Assembly: GCA_963674865.2 (NCBI GenBank)
Contig: CAXXYE010000009.1
Span: 576,001-640,000 of the forward strand
DNA: 64,000 bases
Source of the DNA: Candidatus Hydrogenedentota bacterium
GTDB lineage: Bacteria > Hydrogenedentota > Hydrogenedentia > Hydrogenedentales > SLHB01
Reading direction: 5' to 3'
The notes under the pieces are model-generated. The model was not told where the DNA came from. It was given only the letters and a program-made list of their open reading frames with translations, and did no database searches. This document shows, piece after piece, positions 52,744 through 62,558 of this stretch. How positions within the stretch are numbered: position 1 is the first letter of the stretch; every line of letters begins with the position of its first letter. A program made the position numbers and the translations under genes.

Positions 52744-55700
52744 ATGAAATCGGAGGCCATCGAGGCGCGGTGGTCACTCTACCGGCTTGTGGACGACGCC
52801 GGCGTAACGCGCCGCCTGTTGAAGCTCACCGCATCCGAGGCGGCCGGCGTCGGCGGTTCCCGCCTCCTATCCTCGAAAGGCGAGGTACTCGACGAGGAGC
52901 CCGTGCCGCCAGGGATGCGCGGCCCGTGGCACTTCGGTTTCTGGGTGCCCGAAACTGCTGCCCCCGAACAACCTTTCGCGGTTGAGACGTTCGGGGCCAA
53001 CGCCGCGACGCGCATCGACCTCACGCCCGGGCCTTTGGCGGAGGGCCATGAATGCCCTCTCCGTATGGATCGAACCGGCGAATGGCTCCGAAATCACCTC
53101 GAAACGCGCGAATCCCTGCCTAATGCGGCCGATTTGGCCGGTTTTGTGCCGTCTATGGGCGCCTACCTGCGTCAGCACCGAATCATCTACGAGAAGCCGG
53201 CCGTTCATTGGGCCGAAGGACTGCCTCTGGGGAATGGAGTGGTCGGCGCACTTGTAACCGGCCAGGCAGGCCGCTCTCAGACATTCTACCTCGACCGCGC
53301 CGACCTTTGGGCGACAACGCACGAGGGACGCCCCATCGGGCGAGTGTATGCGGGACAGATCGATATCACCTTCGACGCGCCGGGGGACTTCCTCCAGGAA
53401 CTCGACTTGCACGGCGCGGAGGTCGCCACGCGTCAGGGACGCCTGACGACGGCCGCGCGCGTCAACGCCGAGCACGACGTGTTTGAAGTTGAGATGTGCT
53501 GGGAGGGGGAACAGCCTCTGGAGGTGAACCTGGCCTTCTCGCGCCGCGCCATGCCGCTTCTCGAGGGCGACTTCGGGGAAACCGGCGCCAAGGCCAACGG
53601 TAGCTGGGAAGCCACGACCTCCCCCGCGGACATGGAGAAGGCCAGGGAGGTCGTCAGGAACGCTCCTCATACCTCCCCCGAACTGACAATCACAGGCGAC
53701 ACGGCGCTCATTGAGCATCTCCTGCCCAATATGGCCTACGCCATGGCGGCCCGCGTGGAAGGGGCGTCTACCACCTGGCACGACGCCTCCGGGCCGCACG
53801 AGGCGCGCTCCGAGGCGAGCATCACAATCCGCCCCGGCCAGATGGTAAGGTTGGCCGTCGCCGTCGCATCCGATCGCGCGGGCAGCGACCCGGCGGCGCG
53901 GGCATCGGCGCTCTTGCAGGAAGACCTCGCTGGCCACGCCGCCTGGTGGGCGCGGTTCTGGGAGCGGACGTTTGTCGAGCTTCCGGACAAGCTCGTCGAG
54001 AACCTGTGGTATTTCGGCGTATATCACCAGGCCGCCTTCTCGCGCTCGCTTCAGGCGCCCGGCTTCCTGGCGCTATGGCACCCCCTCGACTACCGGACAT
54101 GGGATGACGGCTACGTCGCCGACGCTCAAACCGCGCTCATGTGGTATGCGCCCTTCGCGGCCAATCATATCGAGCTTATGCTCCCACACCACCACACCTT
54201 CGGCCGCATGCTCCCCGAGTTCCTCGAGCACAATCCCGCCGACGGCGCACTGGTACCGCATCATTTCTTCCCCGAATGGGCCGGCGGACATACGGCCTTC
54301 GGCAAGCCTAATCCCTACAAGGGATCCATCGCCTGGTTCGCCCTCAACTTCTGGTGGGATTACTGCTACACCGGCGACAAGACCTTTCTTGAGGACGTCG
54401 CCTATCCGCTCATCGCCGCCTGCGCCGATTTCCACGCGGCCGACATCGTCCGCGAGGATGACGGCCGCTTTCACTGCATTGACAGCGGCGCTCCCGAACA
54501 GAACGACACGGCGCGCGATAATGTCTACGATCGCGCTTGCATCGGCGCCGCCCTGCGCGCGGCGGTCGAGGCCGCGGCAGTGCTGGGGGGCGACAAAAGC
54601 CGGGCCGCCCGATGGCAGGAGGTACTGGACAACCTCTTCGAGTTCCCCGCTGACGACAACACTCTGTGGGAATGCCCAGCCAGTCCGCATCCATACCGAT
54701 GCCATCCCGTGGTCACGTTTGGTATTCATCCGACGGGAACCATCGAGCCGGGGAGTCCCTTGTGGGACAAGGCGCAAGCGGCCTACGAGGTCGTCACCAA
54801 CCTGTTCGGCCTGCACTACGAGGATCGCCACGCCACCATTCCCGGGCATGAGGGCGGCGTCGAGCCGAACGGCCACGCCACGGCTTTCCTCATGAATGCC
54901 GCCGCACGCCTCCGCGGCTGGCCCGAGGTACGGCGCCTCTTCTACGCGCTCGCCGTGCGCACGCAGCTAAAGCGCAACGGACTGCGCGCCATCTGCGATC
55001 CGCGCCAGGCCCCCTACCTCACCAACATGGGCATCAGCGAGGCGGTTAGCGGCCAAACCGCAGGCATCAGCGAAGTCCTGCTCCAGAGCTACTCCGATCA
55101 TGTGCGCGTGTTTGCGGGAACCGGTGAAGGCATGTTCCGCTTCGCGGGCTTGCGGGCCTTCGGCGGATTCATCCTCGCCGGTGAATGCATCGATGGGCAG
55201 GTGCGCTCCATCACCGTTCACAGCCTCTGCGGGAATACGCTGCGCTTCGAGAACCCATGGCCGGGACAGCGGATCGTCGTCAAGCGCGACGCGAAGTCTG
55301 ATGAAGGCGACGCCTTAGAAGGCGCGGAGATTCTGGAACTTGAGACGGAAACGGGACAAACGCTCAGGCTGTGTCCCGAGGGCACATGCGATGCCGCCCC
55401 GGCTCCGGTGATCGAGGAACGCTCCGGACCGCGAAGCGTCGATTGCGGCGACTGGGACGACTTCGACCCGCCCGTCGTGTACTATCCCGAGACGCCGCCC
55501 TACGCCCAGGACTCCGCCGATGGCCGCGTCTATCTCGGTATGCCTGCCGAAGAAAAGGGCCGCGAGATCCGCCCCGACTGGCAGCGCGTCCGGGAATTAG
55601 CGCAAAGGCCGGATTGGCCCGCCCGGCAGACGGCGGCGCGCCGGTTGGCGCACCTGGACTCCGATGAAGCCACCGAGCAGCTCATTGCCCTGGCGACGGC

Positions 55701-55947
55701 GGATGAATGCCCCGTCGTTCGCTACACCGCCGGTGTGAGCCTCGTACGACAGGGAACAGTCCGCTCCATCAAGGAAGCGCTGCTCCTAGCGCGCACGACG
55801 GACGCGCCCCATCTTCGCCGCGAGATCCTCAAGGCCGTCAGCCGCCTACAGCGAACCGACGCGGGCGCGCGGCAATTGCGAGCCTGCCTCGGAGATCTGG
55901 CCGTTCTAGAGGCGCTGTTCGGCGGCGAGGCAGACTCGCCCCACTAA
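52744..55947 (+). CDS. GH95/GH65-like glycoside hydrolase with C-terminal HEAT-like repeats
   Basis: EGLPLGNG, WWARFW, YCYTGDKTFL..AYP, APEQ, EVLLQS, LRAFGGF; helical repeats at the end. Confidence 0.8.
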   Translation: MKSEAIEARWSLYRLVDDAGVTRRLLKLTASEAAGVGGSRLLSSKGEVLDEEPVPPGMRGPWHFGFWVPETAAPEQPFAVETFGANAATRIDLTPGPLAEGHECPLRMDRTGEWLRNHLETRESLPNAADLAGFVPSMGAYLRQHRIIYEKPAVHWAEGLPLGNGVVGALVTGQAGRSQTFYLDRADLWATTHEGRPIGRVYAGQIDITFDAPGDFLQELDLHGAEVATRQGRLTTAARVNAEHDVFEVEMCWEGEQPLEVNLAFSRRAMPLLEGDFGETGAKANGSWEATTSPADMEKAREVVRNAPHTSPELTITGDTALIEHLLPNMAYAMAARVEGASTTWHDASGPHEARSEASITIRPGQMVRLAVAVASDRAGSDPAARASALLQEDLAGHAAWWARFWERTFVELPDKLVENLWYFGVYHQAAFSRSLQAPGFLALWHPLDYRTWDDGYVADAQTALMWYAPFAANHIELMLPHHHTFGRMLPEFLEHNPADGALVPHHFFPEWAGGHTAFGKPNPYKGSIAWFALNFWWDYCYTGDKTFLEDVAYPLIAACADFHAADIVREDDGRFHCIDSGAPEQNDTARDNVYDRACIGAALRAAVEAAAVLGGDKSRAARWQEVLDNLFEFPADDNTLWECPASPHPYRCHPVVTFGIHPTGTIEPGSPLWDKAQAAYEVVTNLFGLHYEDRHATIPGHEGGVEPNGHATAFLMNAAARLRGWPEVRRLFYALAVRTQLKRNGLRAICDPRQAPYLTNMGISEAVSGQTAGISEVLLQSYSDHVRVFAGTGEGMFRFAGLRAFGGFILAGECIDGQVRSITVHSLCGNTLRFENPWPGQRIVVKRDAKSDEGDALEGAEILELETETGQTLRLCPEGTCDAAPAPVIEERSGPRSVDCGDWDDFDPPVVYYPETPPYAQDSADGRVYLGMPAEEKGREIRPDWQRVRELAQRPDWPARQTAARRLAHLDSDEATEQLIALATADECPVVRYTAGVSLVRQGTVRSIKEALLLARTTDAPHLRREILKAVSRLQRTDAGARQLRACLGDLAVLEALFGGEADSPH

Positions 55948-55978
55948 TCCCCGTAGCTGGCCACTACCACCACGATTC

Positions 55979-56065
55979 GGCCCTGCAAGGGCCGCGCATA
56001 CCAGCCCGGCGCAACGCGCCGGGAAACCGTCGCCCAACGCGATGAAGCCCTGGAAGGGTGTGACA
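55979..56065. repeat. REP/REPIN-like palindromic element
   Basis: GCCCTGCAAGGGC .. CCCGGCGCAACGCGCCGGG .. GCCCTGGAAGGGT between convergent genes. Confidence 0.65.
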
Positions 56066-56124
56066 AAGAACGACAGGCCCCGCGCATCTTCACAAAAGGC
56101 GCCCGTCTCCAAGCAAGCCGCGCC

Positions 56125-57000
56125 TTAGGGCCGCCTGCGGCTCGGCATGCAGTAGATCAGCCAGTAGATGGCTCCCACGAAAACGGCCCCCCCGATGATG
56201 TTCCCCACGGTGACGGGCACCAGGTTGCGGAAGATGAAATTCCCCCACGTCAGGCCATCGAAATCCGCCGCGGTGCATCCCGCCGCCGCCCAGAATTCCG
56301 CGGGCGCCCACTGCTTGATAAACAGTCCGATGGGGATAAAGTACATGTTGGCAACGCTGTGCTCGAATCCCGCGGCCACGAATGCGGTAATGGGAAACAG
56401 GATGGCCAGAATCTTATCGGTGGTGGTGCGGCATGAGAAGCACAGCCACACCGCAAGGCATACCAGTGTGTTGCAGCAGATGCCGCGCGTCAACGCCACC
56501 GTGAACGGCAGAGCGCACTTGCCGGCGGCGATATTGATCGCGGTTTGCCCTACGGCCCCTCCGGCGGCCATGTATTGCGCCGTCAGAAACATGAGGTAGG
56601 CCGCGACTACCGAGCCTACGAAGTTGCCCACGTATACCACGGCCCAGTTCCAGAGGAGCAGGCGCAGCGGAAGCTTCCGGCTGGCGGTTGCCATCACCAG
56701 AAGGTTGTTCCCCGTGAACAACTCCGCGCCGCCGACCACCACAAGGATCAGGCCCAGGCAGAAGGAGAGGCCGCCCAGGAGCTTCACGATTCCGAAAGGC
56801 AGCCGCATCGCGCCGGCGGCGCCGTTTCCCGTTACGACGGTGGTGTAGAAGATCGCCCCCATGGCGATGAAGGCCCCCGCAAGGAGGGCCAACAGGAACA
56901 TCTGGACGAAGGGTAGATTCCCCTTCTTGACTCCCACGTCTTCCGCCTTCGCAGCAACCTGCGGAGGCAGAAGCCCATCAAGCGATACGTGTTCAGGCAT
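56125..57000 (-). CDS. focA: formate/nitrite transporter (FocA-like)
   Basis: LAGAFIA, GAELFTGN, CNTLVCLAVW, GFEHSVANM, GNIIGG. Confidence 0.92.
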   Translation of the reverse strand: MPEHVSLDGLLPPQVAAKAEDVGVKKGNLPFVQMFLLALLAGAFIAMGAIFYTTVVTGNGAAGAMRLPFGIVKLLGGLSFCLGLILVVVGGAELFTGNNLLVMATASRKLPLRLLLWNWAVVYVGNFVGSVVAAYLMFLTAQYMAAGGAVGQTAINIAAGKCALPFTVALTRGICCNTLVCLAVWLCFSCRTTTDKILAILFPITAFVAAGFEHSVANMYFIPIGLFIKQWAPAEFWAAAGCTAADFDGLTWGNFIFRNLVPVTVGNIIGGAVFVGAIYWLIYCMPSRRRP

Positions 57001-57123
57001 GGTTGGGCCTTCCTGAAGTGTCTACTGCGGCTTCATCCCTGAGCGCACATCTTCGGACAAGTTTCCCTCGTTCGCAGTGTGGCTCGCCGTTGTGGGCAGC
57101 CGAGCCACCGAGAGCATCGTCTA

Positions 57124-58137
57124 TCAGAACAGTCGCCGGATGTCAATCAAATTCCGGAGGGCGAGGAGGACCATGACAGTCTGTTGGCCCGTTCCCCACA
57201 AGATCAATCCCCCGAGGAAGAAGATGCACAGCGCTTCCAAGAGCGACAGGACTGTCCACAGGGAATGGCGGGCCTCGTTGAGCAGATAGCCTGCGGTCCT
57301 CGCGAGGGATTCCTCAACCTTTCCCGCCTTCTCGGCGGCGGCAACCATGCCCAAAGCCACGCGAGGGATAAGCCGGCACTGCCGCAACGCCTCGCTCAGA
57401 CACGTGCCCTGCTCAACCGGCGCCACCGCATTGAGCAGGTTGCGCTCCATGATCACGTTGGCCGTCGTCGCGGCGGCGCGGCGCAGACTCGTCGTGGTGG
57501 GCAATCCGCCTTCCAAGAGAAGGGCCAGACTCCGGAAGAAGCGCGCCAGCGCGAATCGCCGCTTGATCTGTCCCAGCGGCCACATCTTTAGACGGAGGCC
57601 GTCGAGGAATGGCCGGAGCACCTTCAAGCGTGTCGCGATCTTGTAGACGATGATGCCTAAGAGCAGCTTCTGCAGAAACGGCACCCAGCCCATGATAAAC
57701 CGGAGCGTGTAGTCGCCGATGGTGCCGCCGGATAGCACGGCGCCTCGGAGGTACGGAATCACGACGAATGCCGCGATGAGGACACAGAGGGGATACGCCA
57801 ACTGCTGGATGATGGCGCGCTTAACAGCGAGCACCTCCTCGAAGTGATTCGCCAAGTCGGCCAGAACAGGGCCGAGCCCGCCGGACACGTCCCCGAGCGC
57901 CATGACTTCGACGAACTCTCCGGGGAAGTGCTCGGCGGCCCCCCGCACCGCTTGCTCGAGCGTGGCCCCCGCGCGAATGGCGTCCATCACCGGTGTCAGG
58001 GCGTACACCACGCGCCGTCGCCGGCCCTCACCCATGGCAAGCTCAAGACAGCGGAGTAAGGGAATACCGGCATCATAGGCATTGGCAAGCGAAGCGCAAA
58101 GCGCCGCCATCTCCCGTGTCGTGAGCTTTTTCGTCAA
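57124..58137 (-). CDS. GspF/PilC-family inner-membrane platform protein
   Basis: AGIPLLRCL, LAYP, LARFFRSLALLLEGGLP, MVAAAEKAGKVEESL; TTG start inferred. Confidence 0.85.
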   Translation of the reverse strand: MTKKLTTREMAALCASLANAYDAGIPLLRCLELAMGEGRRRRVVYALTPVMDAIRAGATLEQAVRGAAEHFPGEFVEVMALGDVSGGLGPVLADLANHFEEVLAVKRAIIQQLAYPLCVLIAAFVVIPYLRGAVLSGGTIGDYTLRFIMGWVPFLQKLLLGIIVYKIATRLKVLRPFLDGLRLKMWPLGQIKRRFALARFFRSLALLLEGGLPTTTSLRRAAATTANVIMERNLLNAVAPVEQGTCLSEALRQCRLIPRVALGMVAAAEKAGKVEESLARTAGYLLNEARHSLWTVLSLLEALCIFFLGGLILWGTGQQTVMVLLALRNLIDIRRLF

Positions 58138-58333
58138 GAGACGCCTCTGGGAATCTTCCCCTCCGCAGGCAAAGCAGACGCGAATGCCCGCGGCCTGCGA
58201 CGACAAGTATGGCCGTTGAGCGGTTTCGGGTGCAATTCTTGATGGAATTGTTGCGCCCCACCGCGGACGCGTGACAAGATGGCCAAGAGGCATCGGCCCT
58301 CAGAACCTTAGGCACAGGAAGAGGAGAAGCGGC

Positions 58334-60268
58334 ATGGGATACGGACTTTCGAAGGTGGCTATTCTGTTGAGCACGGGACTCATCGCGCTCGCGGCCCAAT
58401 CCGCCTGCGCCGCCACCGAAGAACTCGGCAACGGCTTCTTTCACCACGGCGTCGCCACGCCCGTGAGCAATCATCGCGGCACCGTCGCTACCGTCGACGG
58501 CGAAGGGCGCGACGTGGTGCTTGTCTGGCTCTTCGACCACCGCGGCGGCTACGCGCTCCTCATGATTGACGCGGAGACGGGCGCGAGCGAGGAATTCCCG
58601 ATGCCCTTCCCACCGGGCGGCGATTGTCCCTATGCGTCGGTTCTTTCGAGCCGCAACAAGTTCTACACCCATTTCAACAGCTACTTCTGCGAGTTTGATC
58701 CCGAGAAGCGCGTTTTCACCTTCTTTCAGCAAACCGCGCCCCAGATGGCGATGGGCATGACGGAAGACGACGACGGCGTCATTTGGTCGGTGACGTATCC
58801 CGACAGCGGCGTGGTGTCCTTCGATCCCGCCACGCGCACGTTCAAGGATTACGGCCACGTCTACAAACAGAACTGGCGGCAGTACCAGCGCCAGGTCGTC
58901 ACCGACGACGCCGGGTGGCTTTACTTCGGCGTCGGCACCACGGCCAGCCAGATCATCGCCTTCGATCCGGACACGGGCGTAGCTAAACCGATCCTCGCGG
59001 AAGCCGAGCGTCTCAAGGGCAGCGGATATGTTTGCCGCGACGTGAACGGCAAAGTGTACGGCCACGCCGGCGACGCAGACGGGGACTGGTTCGAGTTTCA
59101 CGCCGGCGCCTTCAGGAAGATCCCCCGGCCTAGACACATCGAGGAGAAGCCTATCATCACGAGCAGCCAAGGCCTTTTTCATCGAGCGTTCCCCGACGAA
59201 AAATGGCTCGAAGAGTGCGACCTCGTTGAGCGTCGCCTCGCCGTCAAAGATCCCGTGACGGGCGAGGTTAAGGAACACCATTTCGACTACACGAGCGAAG
59301 GCGCCCATATCATGGGGCTGGCTGTCGCGCCTGACGGTACGATCTGCGGCGGCACGACGTTTCCCATGCGCTTCTTCAGCTATGCCCCGGACACCGACGC
59401 GTGGAGCAATCGCGCCAGCTACGGGCAATGGAACACCGTCGCCCGCCAGGGAGATCGGTTCTTCGTCGGCGGATACGGCGGCGGCTTCCTCCTCGAGTGG
59501 GATCCTGCGCAGCCTTGGGCGGCGACGGAGAAAGACAAGGCCGACTGCAATCCGCGTTTCCTCACGGAGTGTACGCCAACGATCCACCGCCCCCATGATC
59601 TGCTGTCCCATCCCGACGGCAAGACGCTCGTGCTCGCGGGCACGCCCGGATACGGCTACACCGGCGGCGGATTGCTCTTCTGGGATCGCGAGACACAGGC
59701 GCAGACGCTCGTCGAGCACACTGACATCCTCCCCGAGCATTCCACCATGAGCCTGGTGGCGCTCCGCGATGGGAAACTCCTCGGCGGCACCACAACCAGC
59801 GCGGGCACCGGCGGCGAGACGAAGGCCGAGCAAGCGGAACTCTACATCATGGATATGGCAACGAAGCGCGTCGAGTGGCATGAGGCCGTGTTCCCCGGTG
59901 CGGAGGCCTATACGGACATGTGCCCAGCGGCAAACGGCCTCGTCTACGGTGTCGTAGACCGCAGCCGCTTCTTCGTCTTCGACCCCGCCAAGCGGGCGGT
60001 GATCTACGAGAAAGACACGGAAGCCGACTTCGGCCGCACCATCTCCCATCAAGGGCCGCGCGTGTTTGTGCTCGGTTCCGATGGAGAGCACTACATGCTC
60101 TTCGTGAAGGGGATTGCCCGTATCGACCCGGCAACGTACGACATCACTCTAGTCGCCGAGTCGCCCGTCCCCATCGGCCCCGGCGGCGCCTTTCTCAACG
60201 GACGGATCTACTTCGGCAGCGGCTCGCATCTGTACAGTTACGAGGTGAAGGACGGGAAGACGGAATAA
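58334..60268 (+). CDS. secreted beta-propeller repeat protein of unknown function
   Basis: Signal peptide; repeated FDP/WDP..G motifs; GAGGAG SD. Confidence 0.8.
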   Translation: MGYGLSKVAILLSTGLIALAAQSACAATEELGNGFFHHGVATPVSNHRGTVATVDGEGRDVVLVWLFDHRGGYALLMIDAETGASEEFPMPFPPGGDCPYASVLSSRNKFYTHFNSYFCEFDPEKRVFTFFQQTAPQMAMGMTEDDDGVIWSVTYPDSGVVSFDPATRTFKDYGHVYKQNWRQYQRQVVTDDAGWLYFGVGTTASQIIAFDPDTGVAKPILAEAERLKGSGYVCRDVNGKVYGHAGDADGDWFEFHAGAFRKIPRPRHIEEKPIITSSQGLFHRAFPDEKWLEECDLVERRLAVKDPVTGEVKEHHFDYTSEGAHIMGLAVAPDGTICGGTTFPMRFFSYAPDTDAWSNRASYGQWNTVARQGDRFFVGGYGGGFLLEWDPAQPWAATEKDKADCNPRFLTECTPTIHRPHDLLSHPDGKTLVLAGTPGYGYTGGGLLFWDRETQAQTLVEHTDILPEHSTMSLVALRDGKLLGGTTTSAGTGGETKAEQAELYIMDMATKRVEWHEAVFPGAEAYTDMCPAANGLVYGVVDRSRFFVFDPAKRAVIYEKDTEADFGRTISHQGPRVFVLGSDGEHYMLFVKGIARIDPATYDITLVAESPVPIGPGGAFLNGRIYFGSGSHLYSYEVKDGKTE

Positions 60269-60270
60269 AG

Positions 60271-60566
60271 GGAGGGACGCGCTCCCGCGCGTCCAAGGTC
60301 ACGCAGGAGCGTGACCCTCCCGGGTCTTGAGCGAGACCTTGTCAATTGGCCGCGTTTGAGGACCTGCCTCTACCATGTAGCCTAATGCGTTGCACCCATC
60401 CCGCTGTAAGGCACCGGACATGAGTGGGATAGCGGCCGGCGGCTGTGCGGCACACGGGACGCTGAGATGGCGGCGCGAAACAAGGGGGATTTGATTTGCA
60501 GAACAGCATATTTCTTTGTTTTCTCAGCCATTAGCAAAATGGCTGACGCAGGAGCGTGACCCTCCC
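60271..60566. repeat. REP-like palindrome plus a second 21-bp copy
   Basis: GGAGGGACGCGCTCCCGCGCGTCC-AA-GGTCACGCAGGAGCGTGACCCTCC; ACGCAGGAGCGTGACCCTCCC at 60301-60321 and 60546-60566. Confidence 0.75.
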
Positions 60567-60577
60567 AGGCCGGGGCG

Positions 60578-61999
60578 CTATGCCTCGGCGAAGCGCTCTC
60601 GGATGAGCGCGTAGATTCCGCCAAATGCGCCATTGCTGAGGATGAGCGCCACGTCACCGGCTTGGGCGTCGGACGCGACTCCCTCCACGATGTCCCGCAC
60701 GTCGTCCGTGAACCGTGCGGCCACGCCCCGGCGGCCGAGTTCGGCTATGGCCGCGTCGCGATCCAGCCGCTCGTCGGCGGGCACGCGCTCCGGCCGGTAG
60801 ATGGGGCCTATCCAGACTTCGTCCGCGCCCGCAAGGGCCTCGACAAGCGGCTTCTGGAATCGGCTAGTAACCGTCGTGTTCGACCGCGGCTCGAAGAGCA
60901 CGCGCAGCCGCCGGCCGGGCCAGCGTGAGCGCGCGGCGGCGATGGTTTCCCGGACGGCCGTGGGATGGTGCGCGAAATCGTCGACGAAGGTGACGTCCCG
61001 CGCTTCGAGAAAGACTTCCATCCGGCGGCGGACGCCCTTGAATTCGGGCAGGACGTCCTTGAGCGCTCTCGGACTCACTCCGAGGATATCCGCCACCGCC
61101 AGCGCCGCCAGGGTGTTCCGCACGTTGTGTTTGCCGGCGAGGGGGACGTCGAACTCGCCCCACGGGCGGCCCTCTCTGCTCACTCTGAGGCGCTGCAATC
61201 CGTCCGCTTCCCCGGCGCACTCGCCGCGGAACTGCGCCTCGGGGCCGAGCCCGTAGGTTCGGACATTGCTGAAGGCGTGTTGGGCGAGATCGGCCGCACG
61301 CGGGTCGTCCGCGCACGCCACCAGCCACCCGCTCCGGGGAATCTGTCGCAGCATCCGCTGGAAGGCGAGTTCAATCTCGGCCACGTCCGCGTAGATATCG
61401 CCGTGGTCGAACTCGAGCGACGTCACGACGGCGATCTCGGGGAGGTAATGAAAGAACTTGGCGCGCTTGTCGAAGAACGCCGAGTCGTATTCGTCCCCTT
61501 CGATAACGAATGGGACGCCTTCGGGCCCGAGTCGCGCGGAGAAGGAGAAATCCAGGACTTGCCCGCCTACCAGATAGCCGGGATCGAGTCCCGCGCGATC
61601 CAACAGAAAGGCCGTGATGGCGGTGGTGGTCGTCTTGCCGTGGGTGCCGCAGATGACGACGGGCCTGCGTTTGCGAAGGACGAATTCCTTGAGCCACTCC
61701 GGCAGGCTGACGTAGCGCAATCGGCGCTCGAGGGCCGCCTCCACTTCGGCGTTGCCCCGGCTCAGGGCGTTGCCCACGATCACCATATCGGGGCACCAAT
61801 CGAGGTGGGAGGCATCGTAGCCCGTCGCGACAGGCACGCCAAGTTCGCGCACCATCTCCGAGGTCGGCGGATAGAGGGGATTATCGCTTCCGCGAACTTC
61901 CCACCCCGCCTCGATAGCCAGCCGCGCCCCGGCTACCATGGCCGTGCCGCCGATGCCTGAGAAATGCACGCGGGGGCGCGGTGCGCTACTGCTGCTCAT
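60578..61999 (-). CDS. mpl: UDP-MurNAc:tripeptide ligase (murein peptide recycling)
   Basis: GIGGTAM, YPP, GNALSRGN, GTHGKTTT, EGDEYDSAFFDKRAKF, DDFAHHPTA, EPRSNT, SNGAFGG. Confidence 0.93.
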   Translation of the reverse strand: MSSSSAPRPRVHFSGIGGTAMVAGARLAIEAGWEVRGSDNPLYPPTSEMVRELGVPVATGYDASHLDWCPDMVIVGNALSRGNAEVEAALERRLRYVSLPEWLKEFVLRKRRPVVICGTHGKTTTTAITAFLLDRAGLDPGYLVGGQVLDFSFSARLGPEGVPFVIEGDEYDSAFFDKRAKFFHYLPEIAVVTSLEFDHGDIYADVAEIELAFQRMLRQIPRSGWLVACADDPRAADLAQHAFSNVRTYGLGPEAQFRGECAGEADGLQRLRVSREGRPWGEFDVPLAGKHNVRNTLAALAVADILGVSPRALKDVLPEFKGVRRRMEVFLEARDVTFVDDFAHHPTAVRETIAAARSRWPGRRLRVLFEPRSNTTVTSRFQKPLVEALAGADEVWIGPIYRPERVPADERLDRDAAIAELGRRGVAARFTDDVRDIVEGVASDAQAGDVALILSNGAFGGIYALIRERFAEA

Positions 62000-62492
62000 A
62001 TTGCTGGATTTCGTCGTAGATGTACTCGAGTTCGACGCCGGCCTTCTCGAAGAGCGGCTCGGATTCGGCCGCCCGGTGATACTTTCGTTCGCACACCACC
62101 CGCTTGATCCCGCAGTTGATGATCAGCATCGCGCACACGCGGCAGGGCGTCATGCGGCAATAGAGTGTCGCGCCGTTGATCGACACGCCCAGCTTCGCGG
62201 CCTGGCAGATCGCGTTCTGCTCGGCGTGTACCGTCCGTACGCAGTGCTCGCTGATGGAGCCGTCCTCGTGCAGCATCTTCTTCATCTGGTGGCCGACTTG
62301 ATCGCAATGCGGCAGGCCCGTGGGCGAGCCGACGTATCCCGTCACCAGCAACTGCTTATCGCGCGCGATGACGCAGCCGCTTCGGCCCCTGTCGCAGGTT
62401 GCGCGCTTCGAGATGGCGTTCGCCACTTCCATGAAGTACTCGTCCCAACTGGGACGCCGGTACTGTTCCGATTGCTTGTCTTCCGATGCCAT
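61986..62492 (-). CDS. dCMP deaminase (ComEB-like)
   Basis: RPSWDEYFM, HAEQNAI, PCRVC. Confidence 0.93.
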   Translation of the reverse strand: MASEDKQSEQYRRPSWDEYFMEVANAISKRATCDRGRSGCVIARDKQLLVTGYVGSPTGLPHCDQVGHQMKKMLHEDGSISEHCVRTVHAEQNAICQAAKLGVSINGATLYCRMTPCRVCAMLIINCGIKRVVCERKYHRAAESEPLFEKAGVELEYIYDEIQQYEQQ

Positions 62493-62558
62493 CGAGCTTC
62501 CCCTTGAAGTCCGCGATTACCTTGCGTCAACACTATAAGCCTCGCCGTGAGGCCAGAT

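Noticed and set aside
58073..60091. Long antisense ORFs (e.g. 305-1573, 41793-42866, 52867-54027, 58073-60091)
   Set aside because: Shadow frames of strongly GC3-biased real genes; no recognisable motifs.
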